In this document: positions 7,812 through 16,610 of the stretch, one piece after another
Numbering within the stretch: the stretch's first letter is position 1
Layout of the letters: every line of letters starts with the position of its first letter
Source of the DNA: Delftia acidovorans NBRC 14950
GTDB taxonomy: Bacteria > Pseudomonadota > Gammaproteobacteria > Burkholderiales > Burkholderiaceae_C
Assembly: GCF_001598795.1 (NCBI RefSeq)
Contig: NZ_BCZP01000006.1
Coordinates: forward strand, 60,001 to 92,000
Length of the DNA stretch: 32,000 nucleotides
Direction: 5' to 3'
Notes under the pieces: generated by a model
What the model saw: the letters and a program-made list of their open reading frames with translations, nothing else
Database searches by the model: none
Told to the model about the DNA's origin: nothing
Program-made: the position numbers and the translations under genes

Positions 7812-7949
7812 GGCTGTGCCCTTCAAAAATGCGAACGGGGGCAATGCGCCCCCAGACATTGCGAAACCGTCCAGGAACCCTTCCCTGCCCTGTCACGCAG
7901 GGTCCGCATTCTAGCCGCGCCGCCCGGGCGATGCCGGTGCTCGGATTTC

Positions 7950-9128
7950 TCAGCCCAGCAGGCGCAGGCCTGTCAGCAGCTCATGCTCCCGGGCCGCGTA
8001 GCGATCCGTCATCCCGGCGATGAAGTCGGCCACCACCCGCGCACGCGCCGATACGTCCTCGGCCAGCATGGCCCGCTGCACAAAGCGCGGCTTCATGCGA
8101 TCGGGCTCCACCATGTAGGCCGCAAACAGCTCGGCCACCACCTGCTGCGCGCCGTCCATGGTCTTCATCACCTGCTCATGGCGATAGAGATTGCGGAACA
8201 GGAACTGCTTGAGCTGCAGCGACTGCTGCCTCATGGTATCGCTGAAGCCCACCAGGGGGCCAGCCTGTGCGCGCACCTCATCGACCGAACAGGGCCGCGC
8301 CTGAGCAATGCGTTGCTGCGTGGCGGCGATCACGTCATAGACCTGGTCGCTGAGCATGCGGCGGATGCTTTCGTACAGCAGGCGCCGCTCGGCCAGGGGC
8401 ATGCCCAACTGAGGATGCTCGGCCAGCGTTGCGTCGTGATAGCGCGCGAACAGGGGAACGGCCTCGCACAGCTGGGCCATGGTGATCAGGCCGGAGCGCA
8501 CGCCATCGTCGACGTCATGGGCGTTGTAGGCAATGGCATCGGCCAGATTGCACAGCTGGGCCTCCAGCGAAGGCTGCCGGCCCAGCAAAAAGCGCTGGGC
8601 CACACCGCCGGGCTCCCGCGCTTCCATGTGCTCGGCATTGGTGCGCGAGCAGTGCTTGAGAATGCCCTCACGCGTCTCGAAGCTCAGGTTGAGCCCGTCA
8701 AAGGCCGGATAGCGCTCCTCCAGCCGGTCCACCACGCGCAGGCTTTGCAGGTTGTGCTCGAAGCCGCCATGCGGCTGCATGCAGGCATTGAGTGCGTCCT
8801 GGCCCGCATGGCCGAAGGGGGTGTGGCCCAGGTCGTGGGCCAGGCAGATGGCTTCGACCAGATCCTCGTCGAGCTGCAGGGACCGGGCGACCGAGCGGCC
8901 CAGTTGGGCCACCTCCAGCGAATGCGTCAGCCGTGTGCGGAAAAGGTCGCCTTCATGGTTGACGAAGACCTGGGTCTTGTAGACCAGCCGCCGAAAGGCC
9001 GAGGAATGGACGATGCGGTCCCGGTCGCGCTGGTAATCGCTGCGCGTGGGCGCAGGCGCCTCCGGGAAACGCCGCCCCCGGCTGAACGCCGGGTTGCAGG
9101 CATAGGGGGCCAGGGCCTGTTTCTGCAT
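7950..9128 (-). CDS. dgt: Deoxyguanosinetriphosphate triphosphohydrolase-like HD-domain protein
   Basis: [33 protein letters not shown] and [15 protein letters not shown] are the classic dGTPase-like HD signatures. Confidence 0.9.
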   Translation of the reverse strand: MQKQALAPYACNPAFSRGRRFPEAPAPTRSDYQRDRDRIVHSSAFRRLVYKTQVFVNHEGDLFRTRLTHSLEVAQLGRSVARSLQLDEDLVEAICLAHDLGHTPFGHAGQDALNACMQPHGGFEHNLQSLRVVDRLEERYPAFDGLNLSFETREGILKHCSRTNAEHMEAREPGGVAQRFLLGRQPSLEAQLCNLADAIAYNAHDVDDGVRSGLITMAQLCEAVPLFARYHDATLAEHPQLGMPLAERRLLYESIRRMLSDQVYDVIAATQQRIAQARPCSVDEVRAQAGPLVGFSDTMRQQSLQLKQFLFRNLYRHEQVMKTMDGAQQVVAELFAAYMVEPDRMKPRFVQRAMLAEDVSARARVVADFIAGMTDRYAAREHELLTGLRLLG

Positions 9129-9192
9129 TCGATCGCCTCATCATGCTGACAAGGGCACTCTAGCAGTTCCGGCTTGCCCCCAGCGCCGCGCG

Positions 9193-10311
9193 TCAGGCGC
9201 AGCAGGCGTCTATGACTTCGCGCACCAAGGCATCGGGTGCCGAGCGCATGACGGCCTTTCCTGGCCCGTCGATGAGAACGAAGCGGATCTCGCCCGCCTC
9301 GGACTTCTTGTCCACGCGCATCAGCTCCAGATAGCGGCCAGCGTTGTCACGCGCATCCAGCACGGCGCCGCGCACGGGCAGGCCCGCACGTTCGATCAGC
9401 ACGCGCAGCCTTTGCACAAAGGCGGCATCCACCAGGCCAAGGCGCTGCGACAGCTCGGCCGCCATGACCATGCCGGCGCCCACGCCTTCGCCGTGCAGCC
9501 AGTTGCCGTAGCCCATGCCGGCTTCAATCGCATGCCCGAAGGTGTGGCCGAAATTGAGAATGGCGCGCAGCCCAGCCTCTTTCTCGTCCTGCCCCACGAC
9601 CCAGGCCTTGATCTCCACGCTGCGCTTGATCGCGTGTGCCAGTGCAGTGCGGTCGCGGGCGAGCAAGGCATCCATGTTCTCCTCCAGCCAGGCCAGGAAG
9701 TCCATGTCGGCGATGGGCCCGTACTTGATGACCTCGGCCAGGCCGGCGCTCAGCTCGCGCACGGGCAGCGTGTCCAGCGAGGCCAGGTCGCAAACCACCA
9801 GCTGCGGCTGGTAGAAGGCGCCGATCATGTTCTTGCCCAGCGGATGGTTGATGGCGGTCTTGCCGCCCACCGACGAATCCACCTGCGACAGCAGCGTGGT
9901 GGGCACCTGCACGAATGGCACGCCGCGCATGTAGCTCGCGGCGGCAAAGCCCGTCATGTCGCCGATGACGCCACCGCCCAGCGCGAACAGCACGGTCTTG
10001 CGGTCGCAGCCGCCGGACAGCAGGTCGTCAAAGATCAGGTTCAGCGTCTGCCAGTCCTTGTGGGCCTCGCCATCGGGCAGCACCACGGTACGCACGCTGC
10101 GGTAGCGTTGTTCCAGCACGCGACGCAGTGCGGGCTCATAGAGCGGTGCGACCACATCATTGCTGACGATCACGGCCTGGGCCGCAGAAGGCAGGGCGGC
10201 ATAGGTCGCGGCCTGGTCCAGCAGGCCGGTGCCGATGGTGATCGGATAGGAACGGTCACCCAGGTCGATGGTCACGACCTGGGCGGCTGGCAAGGAGGAA
10301 GCGGTGGGCAA
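9193..10311 (-). CDS. aroB: 3-dehydroquinate synthase
   Basis: [20 protein letters not shown] aligns with the E. coli AroB N-terminus. [14 protein letters not shown], the [17 protein letters not shown] nucleotide/metal motifs and [11 protein letters not shown] are present. The ORF opens with TTG 10311, with GGAG 10 nt upstream, so the exact start is uncertain. Confidence 0.92.
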   Translation of the reverse strand: MPTASSLPAAQVVTIDLGDRSYPITIGTGLLDQAATYAALPSAAQAVIVSNDVVAPLYEPALRRVLEQRYRSVRTVVLPDGEAHKDWQTLNLIFDDLLSGGCDRKTVLFALGGGVIGDMTGFAAASYMRGVPFVQVPTTLLSQVDSSVGGKTAINHPLGKNMIGAFYQPQLVVCDLASLDTLPVRELSAGLAEVIKYGPIADMDFLAWLEENMDALLARDRTALAHAIKRSVEIKAWVVGQDEKEAGLRAILNFGHTFGHAIEAGMGYGNWLHGEGVGAGMVMAAELSQRLGLVDAAFVQRLRVLIERAGLPVRGAVLDARDNAGRYLELMRVDKKSEAGEIRFVLIDGPGKAVMRSAPDALVREVIDACCA

Positions 10312-10384
10312 GATGGTGTCGCTCCAAGGCAGAAAGAGTGAAAGGAATTGCGCGACACGACAGCGCGCCCGGCAACCGCCGATC

Positions 10385-10420
10385 TTAAAGAAAAAGGCCC
10401 CGGCAAGTGCCGAGGCCTTT
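10385..10420 (-). terminator. Rho-independent terminator-like hairpin between aroK and aroB
   Basis: On the minus-strand RNA: AAAGGCCUCGG, loop CACUUG, CCGGGGCCUUU, then UUCUUUAA. The 11-bp stem has its single non-Watson-Crick pair as G-U only on the minus strand (C-A on plus). It starts 22 nt after the aroK stop. Confidence 0.5.
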
Positions 10421-10441
10421 GGTGTTCCAGCGGGCTGCCGC

Positions 10442-10999
10442 TCAGGCCAGTTCCGCCTGCATGCGTATGCGCTGGGCGGCCTGCGCCACAGACAGGCCGG
10501 ATGTCTGGATCACGAAGTGAGCCGTCTCCAGATAAAGCGGCTCGCGTTGCAGCAGCAGCTCCCGCAGGCGCAGTGCCGGATCTTCCACCTGCAGCAAGGG
10601 CCGCGTCACATCGTTGCGCAGCCGCGCGGCGATGGCCTCTGGCGTGCAATCCAGATAGAAGACCTGGGTGCGCGCATGCAGATGGCGGCGGTTTTGCTCG
10701 CGCAGCACCACGCCGCCGCCCGTGGACAGCAGCAGGCTGGATGTGGAGGCCGACAGCTCATCAATGACCTGCGACTCCATGTCTCGAAAAGCCTGCTCGC
10801 CCTCGCGCTCGAAAAACTCCCGGATGCTGCAGCCTATGCGCTGCTCGATCACATGGTCAGAATCCACAAAACGCATCGACCACAGGCGCGCCAGCTGGCG
10901 CCCTATGGTCGATTTGCCGGAGCCGGGCAGGCCGATCAGGGCCACCACCGGCGCACGGAGCGAGGCAGGACCTTGATCGGAATTCACCGGCGTGTTCAC
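10442..10999 (-). CDS. aroK: Shikimate kinase
   Basis: Walker [18 protein letters not shown] is present, and the length and motifs (DSD, STGGG) are typical. The only in-frame start upstream of the P-loop is GTG 10999, which overlaps the upstream TGA as GTGA. Confidence 0.9.
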   Translation of the reverse strand: MNTPVNSDQGPASLRAPVVALIGLPGSGKSTIGRQLARLWSMRFVDSDHVIEQRIGCSIREFFEREGEQAFRDMESQVIDELSASTSSLLLSTGGGVVLREQNRRHLHARTQVFYLDCTPEAIAARLRNDVTRPLLQVEDPALRLRELLLQREPLYLETAHFVIQTSGLSVAQAAQRIRMQAELA

Positions 11000-12606
11000 T
11001 CGGGCAGGCAGACGGATGTCACTCCGTAAGGCGAGGTCAGAAAGGAGCCGTTCTTCTGGTCACCTTCGACGAACGAGGTAAGGAAGATGCGCTCGGCACG
11101 ACCTTCGGAGCCGGCAGCATTTGAGCTGACGGTCAGCTTGTACAGCAGCCAGGTGGCAACGTTCTGCGGATATTCAGTCTGAACGATCAGACGGCCATTG
11201 GCTCCTGTTTTTCGTCCGTTGAAATAGGACACCACAATATCGGCCTTGGGGGGTGTCAAGCGGCCATCTCCATTGGCGTCTTCACCGCTGTCCAGATTTC
11301 CATTGCGATTGATGTCCTCATTCAAGCAAAAACCGGATCCAGCGACGTGTGCATTCTTGACGTTGTCATAGCTACCAAATCCGTATCGCAGAATATCCAC
11401 GCTTACTGAAACATCCGCATCCGCAACGGCCTCACCAGCAGCATTGGCAACGGCCACATCAAACTTCTTGATATAGGTAAGGTTATTGGTGCCTTTTTCC
11501 AACTCATTGTTGTCGCCGATAGTGATGGAGACAGGTTCGCTGGCAACAGTCAGCGTACTGATACGCGAATTGGGGCATTTCCCATTGGACACAGCTGCGT
11601 CAGAATTACCATAGCACATGCGAATGCTGACCCCATCTGTCGGGCTGATACGTGCGCCAGGAATATATTGCGCCATGGCAACTCCGCTGGCATTGGATAT
11701 CACGGATTGGCCACCTGTAGAGATAGCCTCTCCAGAGCCCAGTCCAGGCGGAACGATCTCAAAGCGGACTCGCATATTGGGAATGGCGCGATTGTCCTTG
11801 TCCAGGAACAGGGCTCGCAATTGCGCCATATTGGTGCGACCGCCATCCAGATTTGGCTTGACGGTATTCGGCACAATGGACAGGCTCGCCGCACTGACCA
11901 CACCCACCGCGTCAGGAACTTGGGCAGCGCCGCCTGCCACAGTGATCTGCTCGTTTGAGACCACTCCCGAAGCCTTGGCCTGCAAGGAGTAGATCTGGGC
12001 AGTGCCTGGTGCATTGAATGCCGCAAACTTGGCCACGCCAGATGTGTCCGTCTGGGCCGTCACCGCAGCACTGAGAACCGATCCGGAAAGCACAACAGGA
12101 ATGCCAGAAATTCCTGCGCCATTCGCATCCGAGATTTTTGCCGTGACCTCCACTGGTTGTCCAGGAGAAGGAGCAGAGGGAACCACGGTCAAGGCGATCT
12201 GGCTGCCGGTGACAGCCACAACACCTGTCCCAGACTGATTACCAGCCTTCAGGTTGAAGCGGATATCCCGGTTGGAACGATCACCACCGATCTCTATCTT
12301 TCCAGTAACACGGCCAGAGGCATCCGTCACGTTGGCGTTGGGTGTAAAAACACCCGAATCAAGCACAACGGAGACAGGTGCATTGGCTACAGGATTCCTG
12401 CTTGCGGACAATGCTGTGACCGTCAAGGTAGCGGAGTCACTTCCCGAATTGGCGACAACAGTCTTGTCGAGAAGGAACTCGACACTGGCCACATCCGGTG
12501 TCGTACCGCCCCCCGTACCTCCTCCAGGTGTCCCCGGATTCCCGCCTCCCCCCCCGCACCCAACCAGAGCAAAGGCCGTCAAAGTAGCCAACCATATTTT
12601 CTTCAT
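10996..12606 (-). CDS. Lipoprotein with tandem bacterial Ig-like (Big_1/invasin-like) repeats and an EF-hand-like Ca loop; function unknown
   Basis: ATG 12606 lies 6 nt after an AGGGAGA SD and 23 nt after the pilQ stop; the ORF-track start at 12609 is a TTG. Lipobox is LVGC, followed by a G/P/T linker. About 3-4 beta-rich repeats of roughly 90 aa follow (ATLTVTALSASRNPVANAPVSVV, QPVEVTAKISDANGAGISGIPVVL, LRALFLDKDNRAIPNMRVRFEI). The C-terminal domain is bracketed by Cys residues. GC content is much lower than in the flanks. Confidence 0.75.
   Translation of the reverse strand: MKKIWLATLTAFALVGCGGGGGNPGTPGGGTGGGTTPDVASVEFLLDKTVVANSGSDSATLTVTALSASRNPVANAPVSVVLDSGVFTPNANVTDASGRVTGKIEIGGDRSNRDIRFNLKAGNQSGTGVVAVTGSQIALTVVPSAPSPGQPVEVTAKISDANGAGISGIPVVLSGSVLSAAVTAQTDTSGVAKFAAFNAPGTAQIYSLQAKASGVVSNEQITVAGGAAQVPDAVGVVSAASLSIVPNTVKPNLDGGRTNMAQLRALFLDKDNRAIPNMRVRFEIVPPGLGSGEAISTGGQSVISNASGVAMAQYIPGARISPTDGVSIRMCYGNSDAAVSNGKCPNSRISTLTVASEPVSITIGDNNELEKGTNNLTYIKKFDVAVANAAGEAVADADVSVSVDILRYGFGSYDNVKNAHVAGSGFCLNEDINRNGNLDSGEDANGDGRLTPPKADIVVSYFNGRKTGANGRLIVQTEYPQNVATWLLYKLTVSSNAAGSEGRAERIFLTSFVEGDQKNGSFLTSPYGVTSVCLPE
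12548..12555 (-). repeat. Homopolymeric G8 tract (coding strand) inside the lipoprotein gene, immediately after the lipobox Cys codon
   Basis: The plus strand reads t-CCCCCCCC-g at 12548-12555. The coding strand reads TGC GGG GGG GGA. A second G6 run lies at 12509-12514. Confidence 0.95.
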
Positions 12607-12629
12607 CAAATATCTCCCTAAATTTTCAC

Positions 12630-14777
12630 TCAGCGTTTTGCAGCGCTATCAGAAATCATTTTTGGTGTAATGAATACCAGCATTTCTCTCTTGGAAGAGG
12701 CCCTGGAGCGGCTCTTGAAAAGATTACCAAGTACAGGCACATCACCCAACAACGGAATCTTGTTCTCCTGATTGGTTTCTTCCAGTTCAAAGATGCCACC
12801 AATCACCACGGTGCCGCCGTTTTGCACTAGGATCTGCGTCTTGATATGCTTGGTGTCAATAGCCACCCCCTGGGTCGTGGTTTCACCGCGAGAATCCTTG
12901 TTGATATCCAGATCCAGAATGATATCGCCTTCAGGAGTTATTTGCGGCGTCACTTCCAGCTTCAACACCGCCTTTTTGAAGGCTATGGTGGTCGCTCCGT
13001 TGGGTGCGGTGACTGAGTACGGATACTCCGTACCCTGCTCGATCAGCGCCTTGGTCTGGTCGGCGGTCATGAGACGAGGGCTTGAAATGATCTTGCCTTG
13101 CCCATCGGCTTCCATTGCTGAAAGTTCCAGCGTAAGGAAGCGATTGGCTGCAGCATTGAAGATGGACATGGCAAACGTGCCAGATCCTGAAACTCCTGAC
13201 ACGGATGCAGGAAGATTCACAAAGCTGCCCGAAGTGTTGACCGTGCCTCCCGCACCTGCAGAGGCATTTGCGTTATCGAACCCCGTACCGAAGACAACAC
13301 GATTGTCACCGCCGATACTGTAGCCGCCATCACCACCGCGCTGGGCACGCAAGTCCCCGCCGCCGAGGCGCACACCCAGCGCACGACCGAACGTGTCACG
13401 GGCTTCCACAATACGCGCTTCAATGAGCACTTGCCGCACTGGCACATCCAGCGTCGCCAGCAATGCCTTCATGGCCTCAAGCTTGGCAGGGGTGTCCGTC
13501 ACAAAGAGTTGGTTGGTTCGAGGCTCGGAGATTGCAGAACCACGCTCGGACAGAAATCTCGTGGCAGTTCCACCAACACCCGCACCACTGGTGTTCGTCG
13601 TGATTTGCAACAGAATATCGGCCGCCTTCGCATAGTTCAGCTGAAAGCCCTGGGTGCGCAGCGGCTCCAGTTTCTGGATTTCCATCGCGGCTTCATAGTC
13701 ACGCTTGGTGCGCGCATCGATCTCATCCTTTGGCGCAATCCAGAGCACCGAGCCCGATTTGCGCATGCCCAGGCCCTTGGCATCCATGATGATCTGCAGC
13801 GCCTGATCCCAGGGAACATCCTTCAGGCGCAGGGTCAGTGCCCCGGAAACCGTGTCCGAAGTCACTATATTGAAGTTCGTGAAATCGGCGATCACCTGAA
13901 GCAGAGATCGCACTTCGATATTCTGGAAGTTCAGGGAGAGTTTCTCACCGCTGTAGCCAGGACCCTGAGTCAGTTTGCTCACGTCCACCTTTTTCTGGCG
14001 AACTTCAATCACAAACTGGCTGTCACTTTGATAGGCACTGTGCTCCCAGTCACCTGTGGGGGCAATGCGCATGCGCACCGACTCACCCTGCTGCACCGAA
14101 GAGATTGTCTGCACCGGCGTTCCGAAATCCGCAACATCCAGCTTGCGACGCAATCCTTCAGGCAGGGAGGAGCGCAGAAAATCGACCACCAGCTCCTTGC
14201 CTTCGCGGCGCAGATCCACGCCGACCTGGCTGTTGCTCAGCCCCACGACGATGCGGCCAGAACCATCACTGCCGCGACGGAAATCAACATCCCGAATGGG
14301 TTGGACGTCACTGCCAACAGGCGTCTTGGCTTCAAACACGCCCTGCTGCGTAGAAGGCTTTACTGCGGCAGACGTTGCCACCGGATCCAACAGGATCAGC
14401 AGCGCCTTGCCTTGGCGTTCAGTGCGGTAGGACGTCGCAGACTTCAGATTCAGCACCAGGCGGGAGCGGCCGGATGCCTCCACGATATTGATGGAGCGCA
14501 GGTTACCCTGGTTGAGCTCGACCATCGATTTACCCGTGGCATTGGTTGCGCCAGGGAAATCCAGTGCGATTCGTGCAGGCGACTGGATTGCAAATCCGGT
14601 CGGGTCCGCAGCCAGCGCTTCGGAAAGCTCGATGCGCACAACCTCAGTGCCTCCTTGAATCGAGCCTGAGACCGACTCTATCGTGGACTGCGCCCATGCC
14701 AAGGAGCCAAGCAGCCAACCGCCTACGGCGATTCCCCAGCGAGCCTTGCGCAACATGCTTCGATGTGTGCCCATCAT
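12630..14777 (-). CDS. pilQ: Type IV pilus secretin PilQ
   Basis: A signal peptide is followed by two AMIN-like N-terminal repeats (VRIELSE...ALLILLD and RIVVGLSN...FVIEV). The secretin C-domain carries VLIEARIVEA, VQNGGTVVIGG and IPLLGDVPVLGNLF. The ATG overlaps the pilP stop as ATGA. Confidence 0.93.
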   Translation of the reverse strand: MMGTHRSMLRKARWGIAVGGWLLGSLAWAQSTIESVSGSIQGGTEVVRIELSEALAADPTGFAIQSPARIALDFPGATNATGKSMVELNQGNLRSINIVEASGRSRLVLNLKSATSYRTERQGKALLILLDPVATSAAVKPSTQQGVFEAKTPVGSDVQPIRDVDFRRGSDGSGRIVVGLSNSQVGVDLRREGKELVVDFLRSSLPEGLRRKLDVADFGTPVQTISSVQQGESVRMRIAPTGDWEHSAYQSDSQFVIEVRQKKVDVSKLTQGPGYSGEKLSLNFQNIEVRSLLQVIADFTNFNIVTSDTVSGALTLRLKDVPWDQALQIIMDAKGLGMRKSGSVLWIAPKDEIDARTKRDYEAAMEIQKLEPLRTQGFQLNYAKAADILLQITTNTSGAGVGGTATRFLSERGSAISEPRTNQLFVTDTPAKLEAMKALLATLDVPVRQVLIEARIVEARDTFGRALGVRLGGGDLRAQRGGDGGYSIGGDNRVVFGTGFDNANASAGAGGTVNTSGSFVNLPASVSGVSGSGTFAMSIFNAAANRFLTLELSAMEADGQGKIISSPRLMTADQTKALIEQGTEYPYSVTAPNGATTIAFKKAVLKLEVTPQITPEGDIILDLDINKDSRGETTTQGVAIDTKHIKTQILVQNGGTVVIGGIFELEETNQENKIPLLGDVPVLGNLFKSRSRASSKREMLVFITPKMISDSAAKR

Positions 14778-15322
14778 TTTCTTCCCTCCTGCAACTCCAG
14801 TGTGCTATTTCTCTCTATCCAGTCGCCGCTGCCGTCCTGGACGATTTCCCGCAACTGGATGGACGTCTCGGTGATCCGGGTAACCTTGCCGTAGTTCTGT
14901 CCCAGGTAATTTCCTGCCCGAACCTGGTACAGCAAAGCCCCCACCCTGACAAGCGCCGTAGGCACGCCTTTTTTGTCTAGACTGCCGACCATGGTCATTG
15001 CATCCAAAGGCTCGGCCTCCAGCGGTTCCTTGCGGCGATTGAGTTCAGAAGCAATCAGGGTGGTATTGGCGCTAGTCTGTGCAGACTCCCTGCGCAGCAC
15101 CTGCATCAGCTTCATGGGATTGAAAGGATCCATGCCATCAGAACCAAGATAGGCCTGGGGCGTGAAGATCTTGGGCTCTTCCAAAGGCTTGACACGGGGC
15201 TTGGCATTGGCTCTTTCCTGGGCCATCCAGGTCTGCAGCTCCTCCTGATCAGAAGAAGAGCAGCCTGAGACGGCCAAGCAGGCTGCCAGCGTGAGCCAGC
15301 CGCTGAAACGCATGTGTCTCAT
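14774..15322 (-). CDS. pilP: Type IV pilus inner-membrane-platform lipoprotein PilP
   Basis: Lipobox is LAVSGC. The C-terminal beta domain reads MVGSL...ALVRVGALLYQVRAGNYLGQNYGKVTRITETSIQLREIV. Its position is between pilO and pilQ, and the start overlaps the pilO stop as TAATG. Confidence 0.8.
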   Translation of the reverse strand: MRHMRFSGWLTLAACLAVSGCSSSDQEELQTWMAQERANAKPRVKPLEEPKIFTPQAYLGSDGMDPFNPMKLMQVLRRESAQTSANTTLIASELNRRKEPLEAEPLDAMTMVGSLDKKGVPTALVRVGALLYQVRAGNYLGQNYGKVTRITETSIQLREIVQDGSGDWIERNSTLELQEGRK

Positions 15323-15999
15323 TATTTCTTGCCCTTCCCTGCAGCCGCGCGTTGCGCCTGTACCTCGTCGGCATCCAGGTAGCGGAAGGTTCGTGCCGTC
15401 GCCTCCATGCTCAAGACTTCGCTGCCTTCCTTGCCCACGGGGACGATCGAGAGATTGTTCAAGGTCACGATGCGTGACAGGTAGGCCACGTCGGAAGCAA
15501 AGGATCCAATGTCATGGAAGCGGCCCGTGACCTTCAACGCAATGGGCAACTCGGCGTAGTACTCCTTGACCACCATCGCACCAGGCCGGAAGGTTTCAAA
15601 CTGCAGGCTGCGGCCCAGGCCGGCCTGATTGATGTCCGAAAGCAGGGCCGCCATTTCCGCCTTGCTGGGCAACTGCTTTTCCAGTTGCGTCACATATTGC
15701 TGGACCTGTTCACGCTGCTTCTTCAGGCCATCCAAGCTGACGGCCTTGGACAGCTTCTGGCTGAAGTCCTGGCGCAGCGTGACCTCGGTATTGCGCTCCT
15801 GCTCCAGGGTGTCTTCGTAGTCCTTGATCAGCACATACCAAAGCACGGCGGCCACAGCCAGCGCGATGGCTACGCACAAAAGCGCCCGCGGCAACACAGG
15901 CCACCGCGACGGGTCATTGGGATCAAGACCACGGAACTGGCGCTGGATGTTCTCCTGCAGTGCGGAGAAGTCAATGTCTTTCTTTTTCTTCTTGGCCAT
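15322..15999 (-). CDS. pilO: Type IV pilus alignment-complex protein PilO
   Basis: It has a single transmembrane segment (WPVLPRALLCVAIALAVAAVLWYVLI), a coiled coil and a C-terminal ferredoxin-like region typical of PilO. ATG 15999 overlaps the pilN stop as TGATG; the alternative start is GTG 16002. Confidence 0.85.
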   Translation of the reverse strand: MAKKKKKDIDFSALQENIQRQFRGLDPNDPSRWPVLPRALLCVAIALAVAAVLWYVLIKDYEDTLEQERNTEVTLRQDFSQKLSKAVSLDGLKKQREQVQQYVTQLEKQLPSKAEMAALLSDINQAGLGRSLQFETFRPGAMVVKEYYAELPIALKVTGRFHDIGSFASDVAYLSRIVTLNNLSIVPVGKEGSEVLSMEATARTFRYLDADEVQAQRAAAGKGKK

Positions 16000-16610
16000 C
16001 ACTGGGGCTTTCCTGGGTTGGCCGGCGTCGAAAGGCTCTTTTCCGCCACACTGGCGCGCGTCAGTTGAAAGCGCAGATTGAACGCAGCAGCGCGGCGCTG
16101 GTCCTTGGGTGTGACATTGACCGTCCTGGCCACGATCTCCACCAGATCAGGCTTGGAGATCCAGGGCGTTCCTTCGGACAAATTGCGCAGCATTTCGGAA
16201 ACCCGCTCATTGGACTGCGCCGTACCCTGCATGGTCACAGACAGACCTTCCTGCCTGATGCTTGTGATGTAGACGCCATCGGGCAACTGCGCCACCAGCT
16301 CGTTGAGCATGTGCACCGGAAGATTGCGGTCGGACTGCAGATCTTCCACGGCCTTCTGACGTGCACGCAGGGCCGTGATCTCATCCTCCAGCCCGGCAAT
16401 TTCTTTGATCTGAGACTCCAGCACGGTAATCTCGGCGCGCAGCATGGTGTTCTTTGCCTGCTGGGCCTCGATCATCATCTGGTACCACCAATAGACTGCA
16501 CCAATGATCAAAAGCCCTATCAGGGCCGAAAGAACCATGGTGGCCTGGAATGCTTCCTTGCGGCGCTTTCGTGTTGCTTCTCTGTGAGGAAGCAGATTGA
16601 TCAGGATCAC
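15999..16610 (-). CDS. pilN: Type IV pilus alignment-complex protein PilN
   Basis: The N-terminus INLLPHRE matches the conserved PilN INLLP motif that binds PilM. One transmembrane segment is present. GTG 16610 overlaps the pilM stop as GTGA. Confidence 0.85.
   Translation of the reverse strand: MILINLLPHREATRKRRKEAFQATMVLSALIGLLIIGAVYWWYQMMIEAQQAKNTMLRAEITVLESQIKEIAGLEDEITALRARQKAVEDLQSDRNLPVHMLNELVAQLPDGVYITSIRQEGLSVTMQGTAQSNERVSEMLRNLSEGTPWISKPDLVEIVARTVNVTPKDQRRAAAFNLRFQLTRASVAEKSLSTPANPGKPQ

Noticed and set aside
7195-7896. N-terminal extension of the 527-aa ORF 6313..7896
   Set aside because: It is out of frame with, and overlaps, the DUF1415-like CDS and has a Gly/Arg/Pro-rich nonsense composition. 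The methyltransferase domain starts cleanly at ATG 7194, with an ATGA overlap to the upstream stop.
7218-9149. 643-aa plus-strand ORF opposite dgt and the DUF1415-like gene. The same class includes 5788..7305, 22389..23822, 23777..25549, 25192..27411 and 28963..30603.
   Set aside because: Same reasoning. Each is antisense to a gene with strong family signatures (dGTPase HD motif, MsrP, CcsA WWD motif, ResB, PfkB/AraC). Stop-codon depletion on the opposite strand of GC3-rich genes explains their length.
10996-12609. Treating the low-GC lipoprotein gene as a mobile-element insertion or genomic islet
   Set aside because: No transposase, integrase, flanking direct or inverted repeats, or tRNA target was seen. 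The gene is tightly coupled to pilQ and aroK by SD spacing and stop/start overlap, which argues for an integrated operon member rather than a recent mobile insertion.
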